A stretch of DNA of 62,890 nucleotides, counting the filler, from Octopus bimaculoides (lineage: Eukaryota), in assembly GCF_001194135.2 (NCBI RefSeq). It is 3 parts of 2 records of this genome, joined end to end, with 100 filler letters (N's around TTAATTAATTAA, not from the genome) between each part and the next. Parts side by side here need not be neighbours in the genome. Positions count along the whole stretch, not along the records: positions 1 to 19,070 come from NC_068986.1; 2 more parts are not named here. One strand, given 5' to 3'. This document shows, piece by piece, positions 1 to 12,221 of this stretch. Within the stretch, counting starts at the first letter, position 1. Every line of letters begins with the position of its first letter. Position numbers and translations under genes: made by a program. The notes beneath the pieces were generated by a model. The model did not search any database and was not told where the DNA came from. It saw only the letters and a list, made by a program, of their open reading frames with translations.

Positions 1-48
1 CTAGCATGGAAAGCGGACGTTAAACGATGATGATGATGATGATGATGA
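1..48 (+). mobile_element. 3' tail of a SINE (family B) ending in (GAT)n
   Basis: CTAGCATGGAAAGCGGACGTTAAACGATGATGAT... is the reverse complement of the end of the copy at 530-811. Confidence 0.8.
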
Positions 49-52
49 TATA

Positions 53-321
53 GGACAGGCTTTTTTCAATTTCTGTCTACCAAATCCACTCATGAGGCTT
101 TGGTCGGCCCGAGTAGAAGACACTTGCCCAAGGTGCCACGCAGTGGAACTGAATCCAGAGCCATGCTGGAGCACCACCTTTAATCGAACAAATCAACCCC
201 AGGACTTATTCTTTGTAAGCCTAGTACTTATTTTATTGTACTCTTTTGCCGAACCGCTAAGTTACGGGGACGTAAACACACCAGCATCGGTTGTCAAGCA
301 CAGACACACAAACACACACAC

Positions 322-354
<33 letters not shown>

Positions 355-355
355 N
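53..355 (-). mobile_element. SINE family A, two truncated halves in permuted order
   Basis: Matches segments of the full copy at 17727-18143; 5'-half (53-165) is joined to 3'-half (161-355) at CCATG. Confidence 0.8.
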
Positions 356-529
356 NNNNNNNNNNNNNNNNNNNNNNNNNNNNNNNNNNNNNNNNNNNNN
401 NNNNNNNNNNNNNNNNNNNNNNNNNNNNNNNNNNNNNNNNNNNNNNNNNNNNNNNNNNNNNNNNNNNNNNNNNNNNNNNNNNNNNNNNNNNNNNNNNNNN
501 NNNNNNNNNNNNNNNNNNNNNNNNNNNNN

Positions 530-811
530 ATCATCATCATCGTTTAACGTCCGCTTTCCATGCTAGCATGGGTTGGACGATTTGACTGAGGACTGGTGAA
601 ACCGGATGGCAACACCAGGCTCCAATCTAAATTTGGCAGAGTTTCTACAGCTGGATGCCCTTCCTAACGCCAACCACTCAGAGAGTGTAGTAGGTGCTTT
701 TACGTGTCACCTGCACGAAGGCCAGTCAGGCGATACTGGCAACGGCCACGCTCGAAATGGTGTCTTTTATGTGCCACCCGCACAAGCCAGTCCAGGGGCA
801 CTGGCAACGAT
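530..811 (-). mobile_element. SINE family B with (GAT)n tail
   Basis: Begins with (CAT)n CGTTTAACGTCCGCTTTCCATGCTAG, complementary to 1-48; internal segment GCCAGTC...CTGGCAACG is repeated. Confidence 0.75.
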
Positions 812-843
812 GAAATGTAAAATTATTATGATGATTGTGTAGA

Positions 844-877
844 TAGGCACAGGAGTGGCTGTGTGGTAAGTAGCTTG

Positions 878-878
<1 letters not shown>
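844..878 (+). mobile_element. SINE family A head fragment
   Basis: GGCACAGGAGTGGCTGTGTGGTAAGTAGCTTGCT is nearly identical to the start of 17727-18143, then runs into (TA)n. Confidence 0.75.
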
Positions 879-921
<43 letters not shown>

Positions 922-950
922 TCATATATCTTATCACATATATCATCATG

Positions 951-1125
951 CAGTTCTATATTTGGAAGATGAGGAATTATGTACATTATTTACATTTGAC
1001 GGATATTTGTCCTCATCTTGTTTGTTGTTAACACAATGTTTAAGCTGATGTACTCTCCAGCCTTCATCAGGTGTCCTGGGGGAATTTCAAACCTGGGTTC
1101 TCATTCCTAAGGTATTTTCCCTTTG

Positions 1126-1204
<79 letters not shown>

Positions 1205-1280
1205 CATTCAGGTCACTGCCTGGAATCGAACTTGGAATCTTCAGGTTAGTAACCCGCACCCTTAACCACTACACTGTGCC
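951..1280 (-). mobile_element. Free copy of a Penelope terminal repeat: tRNA-like head, (AAT)n, decayed hammerhead
   Basis: Colinear with 33078-33345. Minus strand reads GGCACAGTGTAGTGGTTAAG...AGTTCGATTCC, then (AAT)n, then ACAC-CTGATGA-AGGCTG...CAGCT-TAAA-CATTGTGT (GAAA mutated). Confidence 0.8.
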
Positions 1281-2159
1281 TTTTCGACTGTTGGGGTTGT
1301 ATTTTTAGCAGAAAATTTGGCACTCATAAGTAGTCTTTGGTGAAATGTGGTTGTCTCTTACTTCTGATTATTCTGTGTGTAGAGAATGGGGATGAGGCAT
1401 TTGTGGTTTTCAGAGCGTTTTCATTATTGTTTCCAATTTCAGTAATATAATATACTGATGGCTGATGCATCGTTTTCTATTTGTTGGGCTGCAAATCAAA
1501 ATATAGAATAGTGTATAGAGAGTATACCCCTATGAAGAGACTTTTGTCATTTGTAGTTCCTGAATATTTATTGCTTTCGCACTTCTATTCAATTATTAAT
1601 TAACATTACAGGACACTTTCATTCAAGTAGTATTCTCCAATTACTCGAATCGTTTATTCTAAGTTTCAGAATTCAAAACAATTGAATAAATTCTTCTTGA
1701 TAGCTTAAATGATATATTTGTTTTGGTATGTTTTGAATGTTACAAAGTAAATTGCAGCTATTGGTTTGAAGTGAATGTCAGTTTCAATGCTTGTGCGAAT
1801 TTTAATTATAACATAATATAAATAACGATATTCATTTCACAATGCTGTAGCTCCTCACAATATTCCTTTGTGAAAAGAATGTTGGTATTTCTAGTATTAA
1901 TTAGGGTTTTTTAATTCATTCAGTTGGTCTGCAAATCCACAAAATAAAAGAATGATCTAACTACCATTTCTAGTTGCCATACAAATATCTATGGAAGTTG
2001 AACCATTGTCTACAATGTTCACATATTTGGACTTCAAAGTATGCCGTGACTGATGTAGCAGAAGTTTGGCGAGGCAACTTTTGACCATGTTGACACTAAA
2101 GTCAAAATAACAATTCAACAGGATGAATATTTTTCCGTCAATATTTAGTTTTTTCGTGG

Positions 2160-2400
2160 TTTGTTCAGTGATTGTGTGTGCCTATTGATCAGAGTATTGT
2201 ATTTGAAATTGCAAGAGTATAGTTTCGATTCCTGGACAAAGTGGGGCATTGTGTTCATGAGCAAAATTCTTCATTTCATGGTGTTCCAGTTCACTCAGCT
2301 GTGAATGAGTAAATATGCGACGGACTGGTGTCTCATTCACAGGGAGTGTTGCGATCTCCCCATGGAAACCAGATAACCGGTCCTGTGAATTCTAGGATTC
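2160..2400 (+). mobile_element. Degenerate tRNA-derived SINE with a CORE/V-like central domain
   Basis: B-box-like GTTTCGATTCC followed by CCAGTTCACTCAGCTGTGAATGAGTAA, typical of conserved SINE central domains. Confidence 0.5.
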
Positions 2401-2879
2401 TGGACAATACTTACCATATATTTAGCAATTTTGTTAGGCAATTATTCAAGCCAGAATTCTATTGTTTTTAATCCATAGAATCATAGTACAAGTGCTTGCT
2501 ACATAGAAGTGATTTTATGTACTAGTCATAAAGGCCCAACACAGAGGGTACGACACAAGGACAGACAATCATAAAAGTGGGAAAAAAAATGAATGCCAAA
2601 AAGAATGAAATATAAAACATGTGAAGGTGGAATGATGGCTACTCGAACCCCACATTCCAAGTAGCTACATTTAGCTCTTTTTTTCTTTTTTAGACTAATG
2701 TTCACAGTCTTAGAGTCAGTTTTGGAGTCCCACTTTGCTACTACATGGTTTCGGGCAAGTAAATTTGATAGAAAGCCCATGTACATACATATACATTCAC
2801 ACACATGCATACACACACACATGCATACACACACACATGCATACACACACACATGTATATATATTAAATGATACAGGTA

Positions 2880-4270
2880 TGGAGATTTGCATTCAGGACT
2901 TTTAAGTTTCTGTATTAACAATTCGATGATCTTTGCACGTTTTCAACTGTTGGAAACCTGGTGCACATGGTACCATCATTTACAATATCATGAGATTGTT
3001 CAAGGGAAATAACTCTTTCATGCTTGCCTGCAAAATCTTGACAAAACCCTATTGTGTGGTTAAAATAATTTACAGATATAAATATAAAGTAATAATATAA
3101 AATAAAATATATAAAAACACATTAGTAAATAAATCTATAATAATAAATTGCACAGAGTTTTAGAATAAAGTGAAAAGAAGAGATATTAAGATTAAAGTAG
3201 TATTATAGAGCATAGAAACAAAAAATTAAAATATTAAATATAAAACTTTCTGAAAGCCCTTAAAAGTTAAAGAAGTAATTAAAAACACTGAAAATGAATA
3301 AATAGATTGAATATTAACATTAAAAGTTAACACTGAAATAAAAAAGGGAAAGTAAGAAGGTGTTGAAAAATTCCAAAATTAAAAAGTGCAAAATATATAG
3401 AATTAATTGAAATCAAAAATCAAAATTGAAAATGAAAATAAAATTAAAAAATTTTAGCTTCTCACCAGTATAGAAATCTTCAACAAGGCTGCTCCCTTTA
3501 CAACAACACTCTAGAAGCAAGCAGCTTCAAAGAAGAAATAAAATACACTTTTAATATGAGACCACTGAGAAGGAGGAACAGACGCCGAGAGATAATCTTG
3601 TTCACCCCCACCCTTCTTCAGATGTTGTCACTAATGTATGTAAAACCGTTTTGGTCTTAATAGGTAAGCATTTTCCTACCTACCATATATACAGGAAATT
3701 TTTTAACTGATACAATTTAAAGATTGGCTATAGTTCTGCCTCTAATTTCAAAAATATAATGGCACACAGGACACACCACCTTGAAAAGCCAGTTTTTCTT
3801 GCAAGAATAGAATTCTGTGCCTGCTGAACGGAGCCTGCATGACCGAGGCTATCATATACAAAGTGTCGATGAAAGTGATTAATACTGACAACACAATCTG
3901 CACCGAGAGATATGAATGGCTTTTGGATGGAAACATCAAGACAAAGTTTAATAACCATACCACCTCCCTTAGGAATTAGAATAAGTGGAAAATCACAAAG
4001 TTCTCCAGTTTCAGGAATTTCTGCTTGCTCCATTTACACCTTCAGCAGGAAAATCCTTGAAGAAGGAAAACTCTACGCAAATGGTAGCAGAAAGTGTGGT
4101 CTCTGCAACACATACGGTGGTTCATCCTGAAGCACTCACTGAACTTTACAACATATCTAAATGCCAAAAGTGAAATCTTTGGTATCTGCACATGTACCAC
4201 CAAGTTCATTTTGATATTTTGATCCCCCTCTCCTAGCAAGAGATGCTATAGCCCTGTTTCCTTTTACCTG
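2880..4270 (+). mobile_element. Penelope-like element remnant; GIY-YIG endonuclease region at about 3600-4230
   Basis: Broken translation TNVCKTVLVLIGKHFPTYHIYRKFFN*YNLKIGYSSASNFKNIM...CLLNGACMTEAIIYKV...KTKFNNHTTSLR...KCGLC resembles the PLE linker/GIY-YIG region; preceded by an A-rich tract at 3055-3470. Confidence 0.75.
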
Positions 4271-4569
4271 CCAGATTTGTACTTCCTTCTTTATCAATCT
4301 TTGGTATACAAGTATATTTCTAAATATTTTTTAATGCTCTTCTATATATATATTTTTGTTTTTCATGTTTTTACTTTGTCTAGAGAGTATACTCTTATAG
4401 CATATATCTATACGGGCATGTGTGTGTGTGCGTATATGCATGTGTGTGTGTGTGCATGCTTGTATGAATGTGTGTGTAAATCATGCATGTGTTTGTGTGT
4501 GCGTGCACATGTGTGTATGCATACCTGGGTGCTTGGTTTTAAATGTATGTGTATATATAGGTATATCTA

Positions 4570-5843
4570 ATTTTTTTCTCACATTTTAAGTCGCTTTAAG
4601 TCATATTTCATTTCATTTTAACTTCAATTTATCTTTTATCTTTCATCTTCTATTTTTGTTTATTTTTTTAATATATATATACATTTTTTATTTTTAGTAT
4701 ATGAAAATTACTTTTAGTTTTTAAATTTTTTAACTTAAATTTTAAATTTCCTAAATTTTAATTTTGAAAGGAAAATTATTCTTATTTTTTAATTCTATTT
4801 TTTATATTCTATTTCAATTTTTTAATTTCAATCTTAATTAGATTTTTTTTTTAATTTTAATTTGGGAATTTTTCAATACATTATTAGTTTTAACTTTTAG
4901 ATTTTAATTTTCAATTTCAATGTTAACTTTTCAAGAGGAAGAAACAGGAAGTGATGAAAATTGGAATGGCTATTGGGAGTGGTGGCTGTAGATTTACCAG
5001 GGTGTCAAAGATTCTTTCCCATCCCAGTTACAAAGAAACCGGATATCATAATATGGAGTGAAAAAAAAAATGTGGTAAGTATAATCGAGTTAACGGTTCC
5101 TCGTGAAGATAACATGGATGCCACTTGGGCTCGAAAGATTGACCATTATGTAAACCTCTTCAAAGAATGTGAAAGTGCAGACTGGAAAGCAGAGCATTTT
5201 CCAATCGAAGTTGGATGTAGAGGATTCGTTGGACAGTATGAAGCGACTGTTGTTATCGTTAGGCCTAATTCATCGTAAGGTAAATACCACCATGACCGAT
5301 ATCCAAACTACAGTGGAAAAGGCTAGCCACTGGATTTGGTTAAAAAGAGACGATGAGCAATGGCTAGAAGAATATCGAGCTATATCTGATAACCAGTTGA
5401 TCTAGGAAGTGGTGCCTCATATCAGTGAGAGGGGCTGGTGCGGAATGAGGCTTCAAGAGGTAGGTCCCAAAATGGCATGCATTCTCTCTTGATGACCCCA
5501 CACACTTGCTGGCCCAGTATGTGGAGCTTTTGACCAGTAGCACTTGCATGTGTAAGTTGTTTGCAAACGTGTTGATATTCAAACTTCTGATTGAATTTCA
5601 ATTTTTCAATTCTTTAACTTTTAATGTTTTTTCTGAAAGTTTTATATCTAATATTTTAGCTTTTAGTTTCCATGTTTTATAATAACTATTTTAACCTTTT
5701 AACCCATCTCTTTATATTTTTATTATTAAGAAGCTGGGCAATTCATTCTTAATTCTTTATAATATTTATTTATTTACTATTATGTTTTTATATACATTTT
5801 GTATTACTACTTTATATTTATATGTATATATTATTTTAACCAA
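4570..5843 (-). repeat. Inverted diverged copy of the A-rich tract at 3055-3470, interrupted by later insertions
   Basis: Reverse complement of 5760-5843 aligns to 3056-3150 and 4850-4934 plus 5570-5660 aligns to 3230-3390; homology resumes at 9821-9870 against 3005-3055. Confidence 0.65.
4935..5569 (+). mobile_element. HERO/NeSL-like non-LTR retrotransposon 3' fragment (REL endonuclease)
   Basis: KKPDIIIWSEKKNVVSIIELTVPREDNM...FPIEVGCRGFVG and VEKASHWIWLKRDD carry the PD..ELTVP..K REL motif. Confidence 0.85.
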
Positions 5844-8800
5844 TACATGGGGGTTCACATAGTCACCGGATGCTGGTTTGGACGAGCACCATACTGGGCT
5901 AAAACTTCCACAGAGTGACGCAAGCCCCAAGTCCTACTCCGACCTCCTCGTGGTACCACCTGAATCTAAACCAACAAGAGAGGACGACTGTGGGTGTCTG
6001 GCACAGTATAACCAGGCTACTCCGAGCAGATGGGACTCGTTAACCATGATCAGCAGCCTGTCAAGGAGAAGGAAACTCTGATATGAAACCTACGACTCGA
6101 GGACCTCTCTGTCATTGTCCCAGCTTGCTAGGCCACGACAGATGAACCCCGGGTGTAAAGAGAGGGGTCAGTTCTGTGCAGAATGCACTTCCCTTTAAAA
6201 CTTCATCGTGCTGGCCGAAGGACCTGTCCACATCCGCGACCGCGACCACAACTCTCCAAGCCTTGTAACGATAGGAAGGGGGCGAAAACGGCAGGTGGAA
6301 GACGTCACTTGAAGCCGCATCTCCTAACCTGCATGCTGGCAGTTCGGGACATTGGTCGCCTGGTATTGACCTGGAGACAACAACAACCCTCGGCAACATC
6401 CCGAACGACCAGGCAGTCTTATCTAGGGAGAGCACTGCTTGTTCCACATGGAGAGGGGCCTAGAAACATGGCCGAAAGAAAGCTCGTCTCCTACACACCC
6501 AGTTGGCAAACTGCGGCCAACGTGCATCCTCAAGCGGGCGAACATGCACAAGTACAAAAAAGAAAAATTTCACACACCTTTCAAAGGTTGCCAAGGGTCT
6601 GAAGATCGCATGCTGGTACGTCAGAACCATTCTTGACTCAGGCGACAGAGGTCGCCCAGAACGCCGATCCGCTCTCATTGCTCACGAACTGTCCGGGCTA
6701 GATATTGACATCGCAGTGAAGTCTGGCTCTCAAAGGAAGGCAGCCTGAAAGAACAAGGTACCGGATACACCCTATATTGGTCAGGCAAACCCCCATCAGA
6801 AAGACGCTTTTCAGGAGTCGGCTTCATGATAAAGAACTCCATCGCCTCCAAGCTGGAAACTCTACCAGCAGGTCACTCTGATCGCATCATCTCCAAGCGC
6901 CTCCCTCTGAAAAACAAGCAGCATACCACGATCTTCAGCGTTTACTCTCCGACCCTCAAGCAATCCCAGCAGACAAGGACAGATTTTACTCCGATCTGTG
7001 TAAATTCCTTCAAGGAATCCCCGTCGACGATAATGTCATAATCCTAGGAGATTTCAACACTAGAAGTGGGCCGAAATTCGGAAACCTGGAAAGGAGTCCT
7101 CGGAAAACATGGGGTTGGAAACTGCAACGATAACGGACGCTTTTTGTTTGAGTTCTGCACCGAACATCAACTCCTCATCACCAATATCATCTTCCAGCAA
7201 AGAGACAGTCTGAAAACAACCCGGATGCATCCCCGATCAAAACACTGGTACCTCCTTGACTACGTTCTAGTGCGCCAATGAGTCCAATCTGACATCAAGT
7301 ATACCAGAATGATGCCTAGCGCAGAATGCCATACTGACCATTGCCTTGTCTGTTTCAAACTCAAACCCCACTTCAAGGCCAAACCAAAAAAGAGAGAACC
7401 GGTCAACAAAATCAAAACTAGCGTTTTGCAGCTAAACGAAGTGAATGTAAACTTTCACGCAGGCCTACAGGTAAAGCTTGATCAATTCAATTGGCCTTCA
7501 GATTCCTCTCCAGAAATCCTATGGGGACAACTGAAAATCGCATCCTAGAGACTTCTGCAGAAATCCTTGGGTTTACGAAGAAAATGAACTAGGATTGGCT
7601 TGACGAAAACGATGTACTGATCCAGGAATTACTAAAGAGGAAGAGGTCTGTCTACGAAGCACACTTAGTACAACCGTTCTGCCCAGAGAAGAAAGCGGCC
7701 TTTCGCCAAGCGTGCATCTTTCTGCAGCGCAAACTCCGTGAAATTCAGAATGAGTGGTGGAATAACCTCGTATAGAGAACTCAGTTGTGCAGTAACACTG
7801 GTGACTACGGGGGGTTCTACGAAGCTCTCAAGGCAGTTTACGGCCCAACACATCAAGTCCGGAGTTCCCTGCGCAGATCAGACAGCCAGGCGCTTCTCAC
7901 AGACACAGTATCCATCCTCAGCCACTGGTCTGAATACTTTCAGGCCCTCTTCAGTGAAAACCGAGTTGTCCAGCAAAGCACAATCCTCCACATCCAGCAG
8001 CAGCCAGTCAGAAAGAAACTGGATGTGCCTCCAATCCTGGAAGAGACTACATTTGCCATAGGCCGGTTGAAGAGCAGAAAGGCACCAGGAATCGATGGCA
8101 TACAACCAGAGATATGGAAGCATGGGGGTTCTGTCCTACATGCTAAACTCCACGAGCTCCTCGTTGCATGCTGGAAACAGGGTAAACTGTCACGAGATCT
8201 CCGCGATGCTGTCATCATTACACTACAAAAACAAAGGGGTAAAGTCAGATTGCTCAAACTGTCGGGGGATCACCTTGCCTTCCAGTGCAGGAAAAGTTCC
8301 AGCAAGACTACTCCTCAACAAACTCGTTCTGTCCATCACTAAAAATCATCTCCCAGAAAGCCAATGTGATTTCAGAGCCAACAGGGGCGCAACAAATATG
8401 GTTTTCGTTCTCAGGCAGCTCCAAGAAAAGTACCGGAAGAAAAACAAAGTGCTCCCTGCAACATTTGTCGAGCTGATAAAAGCGTTCGACGCTGTGAGCA
8501 GAAAAGGTCTGTGGCAGATCCTAGATCAACTCGGCTGTCCCCCAATTCCTAACCATGATCATCCAGCTTCAGAAAGACCTACAAGGACAAGTCCACCTGA
8601 ACAGCAACATATCAGAGCCATTCCCCATCAACAACGGTGTGAAGCAGGTCTATGTCCTAGCACCAACTCTCTTCAGTATCTTTTTCAGCATGATACTCAA
8701 GCAGGCCACTGCAGACCTCGATGCTGAAGACGGCGTTTACATCAAGTACCGTCTGTATGACAGTCTTTTCAACCTCCGGCCCCTACAGCCACACACCAAG

Positions 8801-9809
8801 ACCCAAGGGCAACTGATCTAAGACCTCTTTGCAGATGATGCTGCATTTGTCGCACCCACAGAAAGAGCCCTGCAGCGCATCACATCTTACTTTGCAGAGG
8901 CCGACAAGCTCTTCGGCTTCGAAGTAAGCTTGAAAAAGACTGAAGTCATTTGCCAACCAAGTCTTCAGGAAGAATAATACAGGATGCCCCACATCACCAT
9001 TGCCGAAACAGAACCGAAGTCGGTACAACAACTCACTTATCTTGGATTGCACCATCTCTTCAGATGCGACTATCAACAAAGAAACTGACAACAGACTTGC
9101 AAAGGCAAACAAAACATTTGGCAGACTGTACAAGAATAATAAGCATCTTAAGGGCAACACAAAAGTCAGTGTCTACAGGGTCGTCGTCCTCAAGATGCTC
9201 CTATATGGCTCTGAGTTCTGGGTTTCCTACTGATATCATCCCAGACTCCTCAAACGTTTTCACCAACGCTGTCTCCGTACCATCCTCAACATTTACTGGA
9301 ACGACTCCATCACCAATATGTCCTTGAGCGAACAAAGATCACCAGCCTGGAAGCCATTTCACTTACGACACGACTACATTGATTAGGGCCCGTTGACAGG
9401 ATGAAAGACCACCGCCTACCCAAGATCAAAATGTACGATGAGCTCACCACCGGCCACCGCAACAGGAGGGCACCAAGGAAGCGTTACAGGGACTGCCTGA
9501 AGCAGTCCCTTAGCGTTTGTCACATTGATTATCGTGAGTGGTTCACTCTAACAGCTCACAGCGTTGCTTGCCACCATACCCTCAGCGATATTGTTTCCTC
9601 CTTTGAAATCTCTCGCAGTGCTTCTCTTGAAGACAAACGTCAGATGCGAAGAAACAATGCAGCTGCATCATCAGACCCTGAACAACCATACCCCTGTCAT
9701 CACTGCAATCGGATATGTCGATCCCACATCGACCTTATCAGCCACGAACGAGCGTGCAGACGACGTGGACAGCAGCCTTCCTGATCTTCATCAGCGAAGT
9801 CAAGCCAAG
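5844..9809 (+). mobile_element. Full-length RTE-clade LINE (APE, RT, C-terminal C2H2-like finger), inactivated by stops and frameshifts
   Basis: APE: LKIACWYVRTILD...GKHGVGNCNDNG...HPRSKHWYLLDYVLV. RT: PESQCDFRANRG...KAFDAVSR...GVKQVYVLAPTLF...LFADDA. End: YPCHHCNRICRSHIDLISHERAC. TSD ATTTTAACCAA at 5833-5843 and 9810-9820. Confidence 0.93.
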
Positions 9810-9884
9810 ATTTTAACCAACGCATAGCAGAGATTTGCCATGATTTTGCAGAAAAACCTGAAAGAGTTGGGTCGAATGGATTAG

Positions 9885-9990
9885 AGGGTCTGATGTTGAA
9901 AGACCCAAAACCCCGCTGGGGGACCAGAAACATCACTGACGATGCATCTTATAGCATCCGCGAGATGTATCTTAGAACAATACACACACG
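9885..9990 (+). mobile_element. Possible HERO-like 3' UTR fragment
   Basis: GAGGGTCTGATGTTGAAAGACCCAAAAC...CATCACTGACGATGCATC resembles HERO-type 3' termini as recalled. Confidence 0.35.
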
Positions 9991-10044
9991 CACCACCACG
10001 CAGTGAAACCGGTGTGAACCAATATAATCGGACCTGGACCCAAG

Positions 10045-10304
10045 TGCGAAACGACTCCCTTTAATTTACAACTATTCTTTTACTTTTATTTCTTTTACTT
10101 GTTTCAGTCATTTGACTGTGGCCATGCTGGGGCACCGCCTTTAGTGGAACAAATGGACTCCAGGACTTATTCTTTGTAAGCCTAATACATATTTTATGGG
10201 TCTCTTTGGCCGAACCGCTAAGTGACGGGGACGTAAACATACGAATATCGGTTGACAAGTGATGGGGAGGGGAGAAACACAGACACACAAATACATACAT
10301 ACAT

Positions 10305-10380
<76 letters not shown>

Positions 10381-10606
10381 GACGAGCTTCTTTCAGTTTC
10401 CGTCTACCAAATCCACTCATCAGGCCTTGGCCAACCCGCAGCTATAGTAGAAGACATGTGCCCAAGGTGCCACACAGTGGGACTGAACCTGGAACCATAT
10501 AGTTGGAAAGCAAACTTCTTACCACATAGCCACTCCTGCACCTACAGCCACTCCTGCACCTACAACCACTTCTGCTACTCATGCACCTTCAGCGACTCCT
10601 GTGCCT
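10045..10606 (-). mobile_element. SINE family A, full length, with tandemly repeated 5' end
   Basis: Reverse complement is colinear with 17727-18143 including the internal (TA)/(TG) microsatellite; about 4-5 copies of CAGCCACTCCTGCACCTA at 10527-10606. Confidence 0.88.
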
Positions 10607-11849
10607 CAGCAGTTATATAAACAATTTATTTATTATAGTCGAAACTTTACAATTGCAGCATAAAGTATCATCCTGCAGCTTTTCAGATCATAAGTGCTCT
10701 AAAGACGCACTTAGATTTTATAATAACTTTTGAGAAATAATAAAAACAAATTAATCCATCAAATTGATTATTTATAACTTCTAATCACCTCAAGAACCAA
10801 GAGATGTAAACATTAATGTTGGAGCTATAATAAATTATTTCACTCCAGTTCTTGTGTTGGGTACATTTGGCCAAGTTTGTAAGCGTGTAAGGAACGACCA
10901 TGCGAACTCAAAAAAGAGATATGGTGACGAATGGAAAAACAGAGGACTCCTTTTATTTAAACGTGTCACACGGTCGAACACAAAAATAATATATATATAT
11001 ATCAATGATGATATACATAATATGTTATGCGACGATAACATAGATGACCAGTAATGAAAGACCACAACCGTATAAGATGAATAACAGAGATATTTATTGT
11101 AGCGTTAAAGATGTATGTCTGTGTGAGAGTGTGAATGCGACATATAAGAACATTATCAAAGACAGGCCGTCATACAAAGAAACGTATGTATGTGAGTGAT
11201 ACATGTATGTGTATGTGTATTATTACAGCAGATAGAAAGAGAGTCAATANNNNNNNNNNNNNNNNNNNNNNNNNNNNNNNNNNNNNNNNNNNNNNNNNNN
11301 NNNNNNNNNNNNNNNNNNNNNNNNNNNNNNNNNNNNNNNNNNNNNNNNNNNNNNNNNNNNNNNNNNNNNNNNNNNNNNNNNNNNNNNNNNNNNNNNNNNN
11401 NNNNNNNNNNNNNNNNNNNNNNNNNNNNNNNNNNNNNNNNNNNNNNNNNNNNNNNNNNNNNNNNNNNNNNNNNNNNNNNNNNNNNNNNNNNNNNNNNNNN
11501 NNNNNNNNNNNNNNNNNNNNNNNNNNNNNNNNNNNNNNNNNNNNNNNNNNNNNNNNNNNNNNNNNNNNNNNNNNNNNNNNNNNNNNNNNNNNNNNNNNNN
11601 NNNNNNNNNNNNNNNNNNNNNNNNNNNNNNNNNNNNNNNNNNNNNNNNNNNNNNNNNNNNNNNNNNNNNNNNNNNNNNNNNNNNNNNNNNNNNNNNNNNN
11701 NNNNNNNNNNNNNNNNNNNNNNNNNNNNNNNNNNNNNNNNNNNNNNNNNNNNNNNNNNNNNNNNNNNNNNNNNNGTGGTACACGGAACAGTTCTCAAAGA
11801 GAAACTGGACCGAGACAAATTTGTTGGGTATGAGTTGATCTATTTAAGG

Positions 11850-12085
11850 CGAATTATTGGCTCCCGAATGCTTCAGTTTAATACTCTATCACGTGACCTT
11901 ATTAGGGGCTGTGATTGGTCAGTTTGCGTTCTGGCGGGAACGGTTCGAAGAAGTTGCCGATTCGAATAATAATCAGTCACGTGATGACAAGGAATGGGTT
12001 CTCTACTACGCTCGCACTTATTTATATTTAAATGAGAAGATTGTATGTAATGGCGATAGTAGTTTGTATCTAATGGCGGGAGGTA
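11850..12085. promoter_or_regulatory. Candidate core promoter motif cluster
   Basis: ATTGG at 11856 and 11914, CACGTG at 11890 and 11978, YY1-like AATGGCG at 12049 and 12072; CpG-rich relative to flanks and not similar to the window's repeats. Confidence 0.5.
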
Positions 12086-12221
12086 GTTTCACTACAAGCG
12101 TTAACTTACATTCATAACGAAGTCAGTGGCAAGTGGATATATGAACTCAGTCAAACCTTTCGTTGTAACAATGAAAGAAACGAGACACTCAAATGTGTTG
12201 AGTCCTCATATAACAATCTAG

